This document shows positions 1 through 13,854 of a stretch of DNA of 64,000 nucleotides, piece after piece; the stretch's first letter is position 1; each line of letters begins with the position of its first letter. The stretch is taken from contig NIVC01001256.1 of the NCBI GenBank assembly GCA_002269645.1, positions 263,932 to 327,931 of the forward strand, in the 5' to 3' direction. The stretch is from Macrostomum lignano (lineage: Eukaryota). A program made the position numbers and the translations under genes. Below the pieces are notes generated by a model. That model ran no database searches, was not told the DNA's origin, and saw only the letters and a list, made by a program, of their open reading frames with translations.

Positions 1-609
1 TGGCAGCATTTTTGCCGGCATGAAAAATTCAGCACAAAATTAATCAAGGAAAATTGGGCCCGGGTGCCGGCCAGAAATATATCTGGCTGATGACGCACGG
101 GAGGCTGGGCCCGCCGGCTGTTGGGTTGGCCGGCGACTTCGAATACGAAAATGCAAAAACTGGAGCTGCGCGAGACGGGAGGAGGCAGACTGGAGGATCC
201 TCACGAATTGAACTCATTTTTGCGACCCGCTGTGCAGGCGTGAAAAGAACATTCGCCAGGGACTCGCAGGGAGCTGATGAAGGATGAGAGGCTGGATGGG
301 ACGCAGCTGCTTTCAGCTTGCAGTCTGGCGAGCTGAGGGGATTATCCGGTAAGTCGATACTCCCGACTGATGAGGGAGGCTGCAAGCTCCACTCTGCAGC
401 TCACTTTCTCTGCGACTCGAGCACCAGGCATGGCGCTCTGGGCTGCCCCCCCCCCGGTGCAGCTTCATGCATTGCACTGCAGATAACTTAATAACTGCGA
501 TGATGCGCCGGGAGGTCGGCTCGGAATTAATGTACGGGACGTGAAAGAATAGGAGAAACTGGCGATCAAGCTTAAGGTCATGGGATATGAGAGGAGCGCG
601 AAAGAAAAA

Positions 610-865
<256 letters not shown>

Positions 866-1194
866 TAACAATGTTAGTAAATGTGCAACAGCTGCTGAGA
901 AGAGGCAGTCGGAGACTTTACTCAAAAGTAAGAAGTTGGAAACGGATCACTTCCGCATCTCCATCTGGCAGCGCTGTCCAGTTTCTGGGATAAAATGATT
1001 ATTCGAGTAGCGGCTCGAGTGGCAGTTTTCAGTTGCCAACCAGACAATATTTTGGATCTACTTGAAAAAAGATTAACTGGAATTCAGATGGTTTTTAACG
1101 AGTACAAAAGTCAGAGTTTCTGGTTGTGCCATGAAGTAGCGGAATGCGATGATGCTCAAAAATTGCAGTAAGTACAGACAGTCGAGGCATAGAG

Positions 1195-1395
1195 TGAGCG
1201 AGAGGTGTGAGGAGTGAGGTGGGTGGGGTGTGAGATGGGTGCAGAATGGGGTGGGTGGGGAGTGAGGTGGGTGAGGAGTGAGGTGGTTGCGGAGTGAGGT
1301 GGGTGCGGAGTGAGGTGGGTGCGGAGTGAGATGGGTGCGGAATGGGGTGGGTGGGGAGTACGGTTGGTGCAGGTTGAGGTGGGTGCGTGGTGAGG
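1195..1395. repeat. Degenerate G/T-rich repeat (gagtgaggtgggtgcg-like)
   Basis: Repeated gagtgaggtgggt motifs. Confidence 0.75.
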
Positions 1396-2269
1396 TGTTC
1401 TGTATTTTCAAAGAAATTCTCAATAATTTCGCAGGCACTAAAACTTCTTCAGTTAAATAAAACCCGCAAATTTTTGTTCCGTTTGATCACGCAGATCTTC
1501 GCTCCTTTGCAGTTGAATTACGTTGCGGAGATTTTGGAGGCGATTCCTCAGATCCGAATCGAATCCCTGGCTGAGCCCTGGGTGCCCAGCAACGCTCCTC
1601 AGTGAGTAATGACTTTGGCTGCCCAGTGCCCCACATCGCCTTTATTCGTCAAAAAGTCGCTTAAAGTGCAAATGAGCGGCTTTGGCGAGAGCGGATTCTG
1701 GCTGCGGTTTGCACTGTGCAGAGTTGGGCGGCCTCAGCCTGGGATGAGGCGTGGAGCAGCAAGCGATACCAGACTCCAAGAAGTCATCGGCAGCGGCCAG
1801 CGCAAATATGGCGGGTCCGGGGTGGCTGCAGTTTATCATAAATCCTCGATCACAAATTGATTAATCGTGTTCGCATGTGACTTTTCCGCAAGTTTGGCAC
1901 TTTTCTCTGTGGGAGCAGAGACATTCGGAATCGCACTTCCCTGCAGGTCGCTCACTCAGACACTGTGTCGGGCATTGCATTTCATTTTCTTCAATTTTTT
2001 GCATTCCTTTGGCTTGAAATTAGTTTTTTTGTAGTTGAAATTATACCAAATTTATACTTTCAGAGGTTACAATTTTCTCTCAAAAAATTTCTGAATTCCT
2101 TAATTCCATATTTCCGAAAAAGTTTTATGCAAAAGTTTTAGGATAATAACGAAGTATGAGTGCTTCAAATTCCGGACTGGAAACTGTGGTATTTAAAAAA
2201 TGAATTTTTGTTAGCGCGATTCAACTCATGAGCTATAAAGGAGCAGTTGCTTCAGCCGGAAACCTGCCT

Positions 2270-2716
2270 AGACAGAAGCTGCTCACAGAAATTACTCACA
2301 GAAGCTACTCACAGAAACTACTCACAGAAGCTACTCACAGAAGCTACTCACAGAAACTACTCACAGAAGCTACTCACAGAAGCTACTCATAGAAACTACT
2401 CACAGAAGCTACTCACAGAAACTACTCACAGAAGCTACTCACAGAAGCTACTCATAGAAACTACTCACAGAAACTACTCACAGAAGCTACTCACAGAAGC
2501 TACTCACAGAAGCTACTCACAGAAGCTACTCACAGAAGCTACTCACAGAAACTACTCACAGAAGCTACTCACAGAAGCTACTCACAGAAGCTACTCACAG
2601 AAACTACTCACAGAAGCTACTCACAGAAGCTACTCATAGAAACTACTCACAGAAACTACTCACAGAAGCTACTCACAGAAGCTACTCACAGAAGCTACTC
2701 ACAGAAACTACTCACA
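2270..2716. repeat. 13-bp minisatellite (cacagaagctact / cacagaaactact)
   Basis: 13-nt period (ORF repeat of 13 aa = 3 units); ends about 40 nt upstream of the ATG at 2755. Confidence 0.95.
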
Positions 2717-2754
2717 ATCACAGAAGCGACGGTACACGAGCTTAAACTCTCAGC

Positions 2755-3694
2755 ATGAATTTTTCTCTGCTAGTGGCTGCGGCTCTGCTGGCCGCCCTGA
2801 CCGGGTCGTCGGCTGACCGGAACCTGCAGAGAGGCAAGCGGCAAGACCACAAAATGTGCCTGCCAGGCCACCAGCTAAGCGAAGACTCGGACCGCATGTG
2901 CGAGCCCTGCAGCGCCGGCACCCATAGGGAAATAGCCGTGAATTCAAAGTGCCAGAAGTGCCCGCCAGGCTCATACAGCGGCGCCGGGGCCGCCGCCTGC
3001 TCCAAGTGCTGGCCGGGCAGCTTCGCCGCCAGCTCGGGCTCCGCGAGCTGCCAGAAGTGCGCCAAGGGCTCCATTGCTGCCACGGACGGCTTGTCGAGCT
3101 GCACGCCCTGCCCTGCCGGCAGCTTCGTCAGCTTCAGCGGCTCCCCAGCCTGCGTGAAGTGTCCCGCCGGCACCTCGAGCAAGGCCGGAGCAGAGGAGTG
3201 CAGCAAGTGCCAGCCGGGCCACTTCTCCCCAGCTGGAGCGGCCGCCTGCAGGCCGTGCCCAGCCGGCAGGGTCTCAGCTGCGGGAGCCTCCGCTTGCCAC
3301 CGCTGCCCGGCCGGCAGCTTCTCAGTTGCGGGCGCCTCGGCTTGCCACCGCTGCCCGGCCGGCAAGTTCTCAGCTAGGGGCGCCTCGATTTGCACCCGCT
3401 GCCCTGCCGGCAGCTTCTCTGCTATGGGCGCCTCCGCTTGCACCCGCTGTCCGGCCGGCAGCTTCTCAGCTATGGGTGCCTCGGCTTGCACCCTCTGCCC
3501 GGCCGGCCAGTTCGCCTCCTCAGAAGGCAGCAAGCAGTGCAAGGCCTGCCCTCCGGGCACCTTCTCTGACGCGGCGGGCGCGGCTGAGTGCCAAAAGTGC
3601 GACCGGGACTTCGCCCTGGCCATCAAGTCCGGCATGACTAAATGCGACCTTTGCCCCAACGGCGGCGCCGCCCTTCGGGACAACCGCTGCTACA
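2755..3694 (+). CDS. Exon 1 of a secreted cysteine-rich protein: signal peptide + 16 CxxC repeats (GCC2/GCC3, ephrin-receptor-like / TNFR-like)
   Basis: ATG then hydrophobic signal peptide MNFSLLVAAALLAALTGSSA; repeats CxxCPAGxFSxxGASA; donor A|gtgagc at 3694/3695, phase 1. Confidence 0.85.
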
Positions 3695-3906
3695 GTGAGC
3701 TCCCGCCAGTTCCCTTATTTCTTCCTCAAGCTCATAAAACCTCGAAAAGTTTTAGCACTAGTTACCGCAAAACTATCGAGATTGTTTAATTTCTTTCATT
3801 TTATTTTCCTTCAATTTGGTAAGCCTAGACTGAACATAACGGAAGGTCGAAATAACATTTTTAAGCCTCTCTAGAACCTCACTCGACACCAAAACCGGCA
3901 TTTCAG

Positions 3907-4334
3907 GAAAGCTGAAAGTCTCCTGCCGGGTGAGCTGGCCGGACTGCGAGCGCACAATCGACAATGACGTGTACTCCTACGGACAGGCGCTGCACAAGAA
4001 GTTCGCCAAGCCTTCGACTCCAGTGCATGAGACGTATTTTCACTACAAATTCGATGCTCCAGTGAACTTGAGGGGCTTCGCTGTCTGGGGCAAGTACGGA
4101 TGCTGCTTAAAGAGCATCAGAAATTTCAAAATAGTTGCCAGCACTGAAGGGCAAACGCATTCCTGCTTCTTTGATGGAAAATATGATGTAGGCAAATTTG
4201 AGTTCAGCAACTATTCTGGTACTCATCGCAACTGCAAATACGACTCGGTCACGGATTTAAAAATTGAGCACAGATACAATGATGCAGCCAATAAAATAAT
4301 AACAATAGCTGAGGTGGCGTTCTATGCTTATTGA
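3907..4334 (+). CDS. Exon 2 of the secreted cysteine-rich protein; C-terminal globular domain, possibly galactose-binding/discoidin-like
   Basis: Acceptor atttcag|GA at 3906/3907 joins phase 1 in frame (Y-R-K-L-K-V-S-C-R-V-S-W-P-D-C); stop TGA 4332-4334; spliced CDS 1368 nt = 455 aa. The ending IITIAEVAFY resembles the last strand of F5/8C/fucolectin-type domains (weak). Confidence 0.75.
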
Positions 4335-5109
4335 CTCCGATTGGACTTGGAAAAAGATCGGAAATAAACCAGCGCGCCAGCTGCTTTGCTGAGAATCGAG
4401 TTTCAATTTTGCTCTGTTATTTGTCAGAAATGATCCTACGCGTATGTAGATTGAACAGTTCAAAACAGTTCTTCACCTCAATAAGCTGCAAAAAAAGTGT
4501 CGATATCATTAGTTATGGTTAAAGTGCACAGAGCGGCAAGATGACCTGGAAGCGGGCGGCCCGATAAAGCAGATAAAAAGCATACCCCCCCCCCCCGAGA
4601 ACCAGCGGAAAGTGAGGAGAGATGAAGGCGGGTGGGAGGCTGAGCAGTGCATGCAACCAGGGCCCTGGCTGCCGGCTGGTATCAGTTTAGTAATGAATTA
4701 TTGATCCACAATCAACAGACCGGTAGCCGGGCGGGCAAAGATTCGTCTCCTAGAAGAAGAAGACGAGAGCTGAGGGCAGGAGACGATGGGGGGCTCTGCC
4801 GCCTCTGCCCCCTGCCGCCGCCCTTTTAATTTTCGGGACTTAAAAGCGACCGCCGATCTTTTAGTCAAACAGAAATGAGAAAAAGTCGAGCTGAAGAAGC
4901 AGAAACAGTGGGGAGGCCAGAGAAGGGAGCACCGCAGCTGATAAGCTGGCAGAAGATCCGCGCCAACACTCCCTCAATGTGCCTCCCTTTTCTGCAGATT
5001 TTTGTCTTCTTCTCGATCTCCATTTCCCTCTGCGTTTTTTTCTTGCACTCTCCGATTCTTTGTCTCGCCTCTGCTTTTTCTCCTGGCCTTCGTCTTTGTT
5101 TCTGCACCT

Positions 5110-8100
5110 TCCTCGATTCTCTTCTCTCCCTTTCCTCTTTCCTCTCTTCTCTCCCTTTCCTCTTTCCTCTCTTCTCTCCCTTTCCTCTTGACTCTCTTCT
5201 CTCCCTTTCCTCTTGACTGTCTTCTCTCCCCTTACTCTTGACTCTCTTCTCTCCCTTTCCTCTTTACTCTCTTCTCTCCCCTTCCTCTTGACTCTCTTCT
5301 CTCCCTTTCCTCTTGACTCTCTTCTCTCCCTTTCCTCTTGACTCTCTTCTCTCCCTTTCCTCTTGACTGTCTTCTCTCCCTTTCCTCTTGACTCTCTTCT
5401 CTCCCTTTCCTCTTGACTCTCTTCTCTCCCTTTCCTCTTGACTCTCTTCTCTCCCTTTCCTCTTGACTCTCTTCTCTCCCTTTCCTCTTGACTCTCTTCT
5501 CTCCCTTTCCTCTTGACTCTCTTCTCTCCCTTTCCTCTTGACTCTCTTCTCTCCCTTTCCTCTTGACTCTCTTCTCTCCCTTTCCTCTTGACTCTCTTCT
5601 CTCCCTTTCCTCTTGACTCTCTTCTCTCCCTTTCCTCTTGACTCTCTTCTCTCCCTTTCCTCTTGACTCTCTTCTCTCCCTTTCCTCTTGACTCTCTTCT
5701 CTCCCCTTACTCTTGACTCTCTTCTCTCCCTTTCCTCTTGACTCTCTTCTCTCCCTTTCCTCTTTCCTCTCTTCTCTCCCTTTCCTCTTGACTCTCTTCT
5801 CTCCCTTTCCTCTTGACTCTCTTCTCTCCCTTTCCTCTTGACTCTCTTCTCTCCCTTTCCTCTTGACTGTCTTCTCTCCCCTTACTCTTTCCTCTCTTCT
5901 CTCCCTTTCCTCTTTCCTCTCTTCTCTCCCTTTCCTCTTGACTCTCTTCTCTCCCTTTCCTCTTGACTGTCTTCTCTCCCTTTCCTCTTGACTCTCTTCT
6001 CTCCCTTTCCTCTTGACTCTCTTCTCTCCCTTTCCTCTTTCCTCTCTTCTCTCCCTTTCCTCTTGACTCTCTTCTCTCCCCTTCCTCTTGACTCTCTTCT
6101 CTCCCTTTCCTCTTGACTCTCTTCTCTCCCTTTCCTCTTGACTCTCTTCTCTCCCCTTACTCTTGACTGTCTTCTCTCCCTTTCCTCTTGACTCTCTTCT
6201 CTCCCTTTCCTCTTGACTCTCTTCTCTCCCTTTCCTCTTGACTCTCTTCTCTCCCTTTCCTCTTGACTCTCTTCTCTCCCTTACTCTTGACTCTCTTCTC
6301 TCCCTTTCCTCTTGACTCTCTTCTCTCCCTTTCCTCTTGACTCTCTTCTCTCCCTTTCCTCTTGACTGTCTTCTCTCCCTTTCCTCTTGACTGTCTTCTC
6401 TCCCTTTCCTCTTGACTGTCTTCTCTCCCTTTCCTCTTGACTCTCTTCTCTCCCTTTCCTCTTGACTCTCTTCTCTCCCTTTCCTCTTGACTCTCTTCTC
6501 TCCCTTTCCTCTTGACTCTCTTCTCTCCCTTTCCTCTTGACTCTCTTCTCTCCCTTTCCTCTTGACTCTCTTCTCTCCCTTTCCTCTTGACTCTCTTCTC
6601 TCCCTTTCCTCTTGACTCTCTTCTCTCCCTTAACTCTTGACTCTCTTCTCTCCCCTTACTCTTGACTCTCTTCTCTCCCTTTCCTCTTTCCTCTCTTCTC
6701 TCCCTTTCCTCTTGACTCTCTTCTCTCCCTTTCCTCTTTCCTCTCTTCTCTCCCTTTCCTCTTGACTCTCTTCTCTCCCCTTACTCTTGACTCTCTTCTC
6801 TCCCTTTCCTCTTGACTCTCTTCTCTCCCTTTCCTCTTTCCTCTCTTCTCTCCCTTTCCTCTTGACTCTCTTCTCTCCCTTTCCTCTTTCCTCTCTTCTC
6901 TCCCTTTCCTCTTGACTCTCTTCTCTCCCTTTCCTCTTGACTGTCTTCTCTCCCCTTACTCTTGACTCTCTTCTCTCCCTTTCCTCTTTCCTCTCTTCTC
7001 TCCCTTTCCTCTTGACTCTCTTCTCTCCCTTTCCTCTTTCCTCTCTTCTCTCCCTTTCCTCTTGACTCTCTTCTCTCCCTTTCCTCTTGACTCTCTTCTC
7101 TCCCTTTCCTCTTGACTCTCTTCTCTCCCTTTCCTCTTGACTCTCTTCTCTCCCTTTCCTCTTGACTCTCTTCTCTCCCTTTCCTCTTGACTCTCTTCTC
7201 TCCCTTTCCTCTTGACTCTCTTCTCTCCCTTTCCTCTTGACTGTCTTCTCTCCCTTTCCTCTTGACTCTCTTCTCTCCCTTTCCTCTTGACTGTCTTCTC
7301 TCCCCTTACTCTTGACTCTCTTCTCTCCCTTTCCTCTTGACTCTCTTCTCTCCCTTTCCTCTTGACTGTCTTCTCTCCCTTTCCTCTTGACTCTCTTCTC
7401 TCCCTTTCCTCTTGACTCTCTTCTCTCCCTTTCCTCTTTCCTCTCTTCTCTCCCTTTCCTCTTGACTCTCTTCTCTCCCCTTCCTCTTGACTCTCTTCTC
7501 TCCCTTTCCTCTTGACTCTCTTCTCTCCCTTTCCTCTTGACTCTCTTCTCTCCCCTTACTCTTGACTGTCTTCTCTCCCTTTCCTCTTGACTCTCTTCTC
7601 TCCCTTTCCTCTTGACTCTCTTCTCTCCCTTTCCTCTTGACTCTCTTCTCTCCCTTTCCTCTTGACTCTCTTCTCTCCCTTACTCTTGACTCTCTTCTCT
7701 CCCTTTCCTCTTGACTCTCTTCTCTCCCTTTCCTCTTGACTCTCTTCTCTCCCTTTCCTCTTGACTGTCTTCTCTCCCTTTCCTCTTGACTGTCTTCTCT
7801 CCCTTTCCTCTTGACTGTCTTCTCTCCCTTTCCTCTTGACTCTCTTCTCTCCCTTTCCTCTTGACTCTCTTCTCTCCCTTTCCTCTTGACTCTCTTCTCT
7901 CCCTTTCCTCTTGACTCTCTTCTCTCCCTTTCCTCTTGACTCTCTTCTCTCCCTTTCCTCTTGACTCTCTTCTCTCCCTTTCCTCTTGACTCTCTTCTCT
8001 CCCTTTCCTCTTGACTCTCTTCTCTCCCTTTCCTCTTGACTCTCTTCTCTCCCCTTACTCTTGACTCTCTTCTCTCCCTTTCCTCTTTCCTCTCTTCTCT

Positions 8101-11100
8101 CCCTTTCCTCTTGACTCTCTTCTCTCCCTTTCCTCTTTCCTCTCTTCTCTCCCTTTCCTCTTGACTCTCTTCTCTCCCCTTACTCTTGACTCTCTTCTCT
8201 CCCTTTCCTCTTGACTCTCTTCTCTCCCTTTCCTCTTTCCTCTCTTCTCTCCCTTTCCTCTTGACTCTCTTCTCTCCCTTTCCTCTTTCCTCTCTTCTCT
8301 CCCTTTCCTCTTGACTCTCTTCTCTCCCCTTACTCTTGACTGTCTTCTCTCCCCTTACTCTTGACTCTCTTCTCTCCCTTTCCTCTTGACTCTCTTCTCT
8401 CCCTTTCCTCTTGACTCTCTTCTCTCCCTTTCCTCTTGACTGTCTTCTCTCCCTTTCCTCTTGACTCTCTTCTCTCCCTTTCCTCTTGACTGTCTTCTCT
8501 CCCCTTACTCTTGACTCTCTTCTCTCCCTTTCCTCTTGACTCTCTTCTCTCCCTTTCCTCTTTCCTCTCTTCTCTCCCTTTCCTCTTGACTCTCTTCTCT
8601 CCCTTTCCTCTTTCCTCTCTTCTCTCCCTTTCCTCTTGACTCTCTTCTCTCCCCTTACTCTTGACTCTCTTCTCTCCCTTTCCTCTTGACTCTCTTCTCT
8701 CCCTTTCCTCTTGACTCTCTTCTCTCCCTTTCCTCTTGACTCTCTTCTCTCCCTTTCCTCTTGACTCTCTTCTCTCCCCTTACTCTTGACTCTCTTCTCT
8801 CCCTTTCCTCTTTCCTCTCTTCTCTCCCTTTCCTCTTGACTCTCTTCTCTCCCTTTCCTCTTTCCTCTCTTCTCTCCCTTTCCTCTTGACTCTCTTCTCT
8901 CCCTTTCCTCTTGACTCTCTTCTCTCCCTTTCCTCTTTCCTCTCTTCTCTCCCTTTCCTCTTGACTCTCTTCTCTCCCTTTCCTCTTTCCTCTCTTCTCT
9001 CCCTTTCCTCTTGACTCTCTTCTCTCCCCTTACTCTTGACTCTCTTCTCTCCCTTTCCTCTTTCCTCTCTTCTCTCCCTTTCCTCTTGACTCTCTTCTCT
9101 CCCTTTCCTCTTTCCTCTCTTCTCTCCCTTTCCTCTTGACTCTCTTCTCTCCCTTACTCTTGACTCTCTTCTCTCCCTTTCCTCTTTCCTCTCTTCTCTC
9201 CCTTTCCTCTTGACTCTCTTCTCTCCCTTTCCTCTTGACTCTCTTCTCTCCCCTTCCTCTTGACTCTCTTCTCTCCCTTTCCTCTTGACTCTCTTCTCTC
9301 CCTTTCCTCTTGACTCTCTTCTCTCCCCTTACTCTTGACTGTCTTCTCTCCCTTTCCTCTTGACTCTCTTCTCTCCCTTTCCTCTTGACTCTCTTCTCTC
9401 CCTTTCCTCTTGACTCTCTTCTCTCCCTTTCCTCTTGACTCTCTTCTCTCCCCTTACTCTTGACTCTCTTCTCTCCCTTTCCTCTTGACTCTCTTCTCTC
9501 CCCTTCCTCTTGACTCTCTTCTCTCCCTTTCCTCTTGACTGTCTTCTCTCCCTTTCCTCTTGACTGTCTTCTCTCCCTTTCCTCTTGACTGTCTTCTCTC
9601 CCTTTCCTCTTGACTCTCTTCTCTCCCTTTCCTCTTGACTCTCTTCTCTCCCTTTCCTCTTGACTCTCTTCTCTCCCTTTCCTCTTGACTCTCTTCTCTC
9701 CCTTTCCTCTTGACTCTCTTCTCTCCCTTTCCTCTTGACTCTCTTCTCTCCCTTTCCTCTTGACTCTCTTCTCTCCCTTTCCTCTTGACTCTCTTCTCTC
9801 CCTTTCCTCTTGACTCTCTTCTCTCCCCTTACTCTTGACTCTCTTCTCTCCCTTTCCTCTTGACTCTCTTCTCTCCCTTTCCTCTTGACTCTCTTCTCTC
9901 CCTTTCCTCTTTCCTCTCTTCTCTCCCTTTCCTCTTGACTCTCTTCTCTCCCCTTACTCTTGACTCTCTTCTCTCCCTTTCCTCTTGACTCTCTTCTCTC
10001 CCTTTCCTCTTTCCTCTCTTCTCTCCCTTTCCTCTTGACTCTCTTCTCTCCCTTTCCTCTTTCCTCTCTTCTCTCCCTTTCCTCTTGACTCTCTTCTCTC
10101 CCCTTACTCTTGACTGTCTTCTCTCCCCTTACTCTTGACTCTCTTCTCTCCCTTTCCTCTTGACTCTCTTCTCTCCCTTTCCTCTTGACTCTCTTCTCTC
10201 CCTTTCCTCTTGACTGTCTTCTCTCCCTTTCCTCTTGACTCTCTTCTCTCCCTTTCCTCTTGACTGTCTTCTCTCCCCTTACTCTTGACTCTCTTCTCTC
10301 CCTTTCCTCTTGACTCTCTTCTCTCCCTTTCCTCTTTCCTCTCTTCTCTCCCTTTCCTCTTGACTCTCTTCTCTCCCTTTCCTCTTTCCTCTCTTCTCTC
10401 CCTTTCCTCTTGACTCTCTTCTCTCCCCTTACTCTTGACTCTCTTCTCTCCCTTTCCTCTTGACTCTCTTCTCTCCCTTTCCTCTTGACTCTCTTCTCTC
10501 CCTTTCCTCTTGACTCTCTTCTCTCCCTTTCCTCTTGACTCTCTTCTCTCCCTTACTCTTGACTCTCTTCTCTCCCTTTCCTCTTTCCTCTCTTCTCTCC
10601 CTTTCCTCTTGACTCTCTTCTCTCCCTTTCCTCTTTCCTCTCTTCTCTCCCTTTCCTCTTGACTCTCTTCTCTCCCTTTCCTCTTGACTCTCTTCTCTCC
10701 CTTTCCTCTTTCCTCTCTTCTCTCCCTTTCCTCTTGACTCTCTTCTCTCCCTTTCCTCTTTCCTCTCTTCTCTCCCTTTCCTCTTGACTCTCTTCTCTCC
10801 CTTACTCTTGACTCTCTTCTCTCCCTTTCCTCTTTCCTCTCTTCTCTCCCTTTCCTCTTGACTCTCTTCTCTCCCTTTCCTCTTTCCTCTCTTCTCTCCC
10901 TTTCCTCTTGACTCTCTTCTCTCCCTTACTCTTGACTCTCTTCTCTCCCTTTCCTCTTTCCTCTCTTCTCTCCCTTTCCTCTTGACTCTCTTCTCTCCCT
11001 TTCCTCTTGACTCTCTTCTCTCCCCTTACTCTTGACTGTCTTCTCTCCCTTTCCTCTTGACTCTCTTCTCTCCCTTTCCTCTTGACTCTCTTCTCTCCCT

Positions 11101-12360
11101 TTCCTCTTGACTCTCTTCTCTCCCTTTCCTCTTGACTCTCTTCTCTCCCCTTACTCTTGACTCTCTTCTCTCCCTTTCCTCTTGACTCTCTTCTCTCCCT
11201 TTCCTCTTGACTCTCTTCTCTCCCTTTCCTCTTGACTCTCTTCTCTCCCTTTCCTCTTTCCTCTCTTCTCTCCCTTTCCTCTTGACTCTCTTCTCTCCCC
11301 TTACTCTTGACTCTCTTCTCTCCCTTTCCTCTTTCCTCTCTTCTCTTCCCTTTCCTCTTGACTGTCTTCTCTCCCTTTCCTCTTTACTCTCTTCTCTCCC
11401 CTTACTCTTGACTCTCTTCTCTCCCTTTCCTCTTTCCTCTCTTCTCTCCCTTTCCTCTTTCCTCTCTTCTCTCCCTTTCCTCTTGACTCTCTTCTCTCCC
11501 CTTACTCTTGACTCTCTTCTCTCCCTTTCCTCTTTCCTCTCTTCTCTCCCTTTCCTCTTGACTCTCTTCTCTCCCTTTCCTCTTGACTCTCTTCTCTCCC
11601 TTTCCTCTTGACTCTCTTCTCTCCCTTTCCTCTTGACTGTCTTCTCTCCCCTTACTCTTGACTCTCTTCTCTCCCTTTCCTCTTGACTCTCTTCTCTCCC
11701 TTTCCTCTTGACTGTCTTCTCTCCCTTTCCTCTTTACTCTCTTCTCTCCCCTTACTCTTGACTCTCTTCTCTCCCTTTCCTCTTTACTCTCTTCTCTTCC
11801 CTTTCCTCTTGACTGTCTTCTCTCCCTTTCCTCTTTACTCTCTTCTCTCCCCTTACTCTTGACTCTCTTCTCTCCCTTTCCTCTTTCCTCTCTTCTCTCC
11901 CTTTCCTCTTGACTCTCTTCTCTCCCCTTACTCTTGACTCTCTTCTCTCCCTTTCCTCTTTCCTCTCTTCTTTCCCTTTCCTCTTGACTCTCTTCTCTCC
12001 CTTTCCTCTTGACTCTCTTCTCTCCCTTTCCTCTTGACTCTCTTCTCTCCCTTTCCTCTTGACTCTCTTCTCTCCCTTTCCTCTTGACTCTCTTCTCTCC
12101 CTTTCCTCTTGACTCTCTTCTCTCCCTTTCCTCTTGACTCTCTTCTCTCCCTTTCCTCTTGACTCTCTTCTCTCCCTTTCCTCTTTACTCTCTTCTCTCC
12201 CTTTCCTCTTTACTCTCTTCCCTTCCATTTCCTCTTTACTCTCTTCTCTCCCTTTCTTCTTTACTCTCTTCTCTCCCTTTCCTCTTTACTCTCTTCTCTT
12301 CCATTTCCTCTTTACTTTCTTCTCTCCCTTTCTTCTTTACTCTCTTCTCTCCCTTTCCTC
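5110..12360. repeat. ~7.2-kb homopyrimidine satellite, 25-bp unit (ctcttctctccctttcctcttgact)
   Basis: 25-nt period with variants gactgtc, ctttcct and ccccttact. Confidence 0.98.
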
Positions 12361-13854
12361 CTCTCTCACCTCACCTCTCTCTCTCCCCTCTCCCTATCCT
12401 CTCTCCCCTCATCTCTCCTCTCCCGTCTCCCTTCTACTCTTTTTTCTCTTCTCTCATCTCCCCTTCGATCTCCTTTCCCCTTCTTTCCTCCATACACTAC
12501 ATGTATCTCCATCCTATCGCTTAGAGCCTGATTCACGTTTCATTTTCTCGCTCTAAGTTACGGATCCCAGCCGATGAGAGCCTGAAACTTACTGCTGCTG
12601 CTGCTGCTGCTGAGCTGAGGCGGGGCGGGCGAGCGCCAACGTTCCGAGCGAGCTCATGCGGCTGGCCGTTGCTGAGCAGTCTGCGGGGACAGGATTTGAC
12701 TCGAGTTATGCCGCCTGCGCGATGGCTGGGAAGCTGTGCAAACTTGGAGCTCGCAAATTCGACACCCAAACTGACCCTCCGAATGCACCGGGACTGCAGC
12801 CGTTTCTTAACCACAGATTAATGCGGGATTAAAGCCCACCCGCTCTAGACTTCCTCTACTCCCTGATGAAGGCGGAGGGGAGGGGCAGCCTCTCCCGCCA
12901 GCCCGGCAGGGGATTTGCGATTTGGAGAGATTATGGTAGAATGCGCGAGAGAGTTGAGTGAGTGGCTGGGCTGAGAGGCCAGCTGAGCTGAAATGATGAC
13001 GCACTGGTAGAAAAAACAATAGGGAGGCTGGACTCTCGCTTTCAGCGCTTTTGTTTAGCCAGCTGGCAATCAGGAAGTCAGGCCTCAGCGGACGGGCGAC
13101 TGAGAATATTATAAACACATTAATAAAAAGATGAGGCCTGCCATAAGTAAGAAGCTGGGGATTTGGAAAATAGGGATTTTTTGGCCCAGTTCGGGATTTG
13201 AGAGAGCACTTGCTCAGCTGCAAGGAGGGGGAGTAGATGCAGCAGAGATGCTGGCACAGGACCCCTGCACTTCAGCCTCCTCCATTCCTACCCGCTTCGC
13301 ATCAAGTCCGGACCTGCTGAATTTACATTAGGGGGAGGAGGGGTGGGTTTAGGGGATCATGGCCGGTGCGTACGCCAAGTTCTCCCGCCAGTCAGAAATT
13401 TATTTCGTCTGTTGCAGTGACAGGCAGCCCGGAGCTGTCAGCGCTGCCTGCTCTGGCGGTCTGGCGAGGCGGGGGATGGTGCTAGAATGCAGATCCGCCC
13501 CAGCTTCCCCATGGCCAGGGCGAGAGCTGCTGCTGGTGCTGGTGGTAGGGGGGGGGGGGGGCTGCGGCAGTTCCGCCGACTCAAGTGGTGGCCGCGGCTC
13601 TGCGAGGCGAGCGAACTCGGGCCGGCATTGGAGAAGGGGGCGGCCGACGGAGAGGAAAGAGAGAGGGAGACAGAAATATCGAGAAGACACAGATTCCTGA
13701 CGGGTCTTCCACTCTGCATGCTCGCAAGCTGAGCAATGAAAACTCTTCTCATTAAACCTTAATGTGCTCATAATACCCTCGTGCTACGCTCAATATTGCA
13801 GAGGTGTCTTCAACTGTTTCCTTCCTCTACTTTTGGTTGAGACTGCCTTCGCCT

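Noticed and set aside
2742-3683. 313-aa minus-strand ORF
   Set aside because: Antisense shadow of the GC-rich Cys-repeat exon, which has a signal peptide and an in-frame splice on the plus strand.
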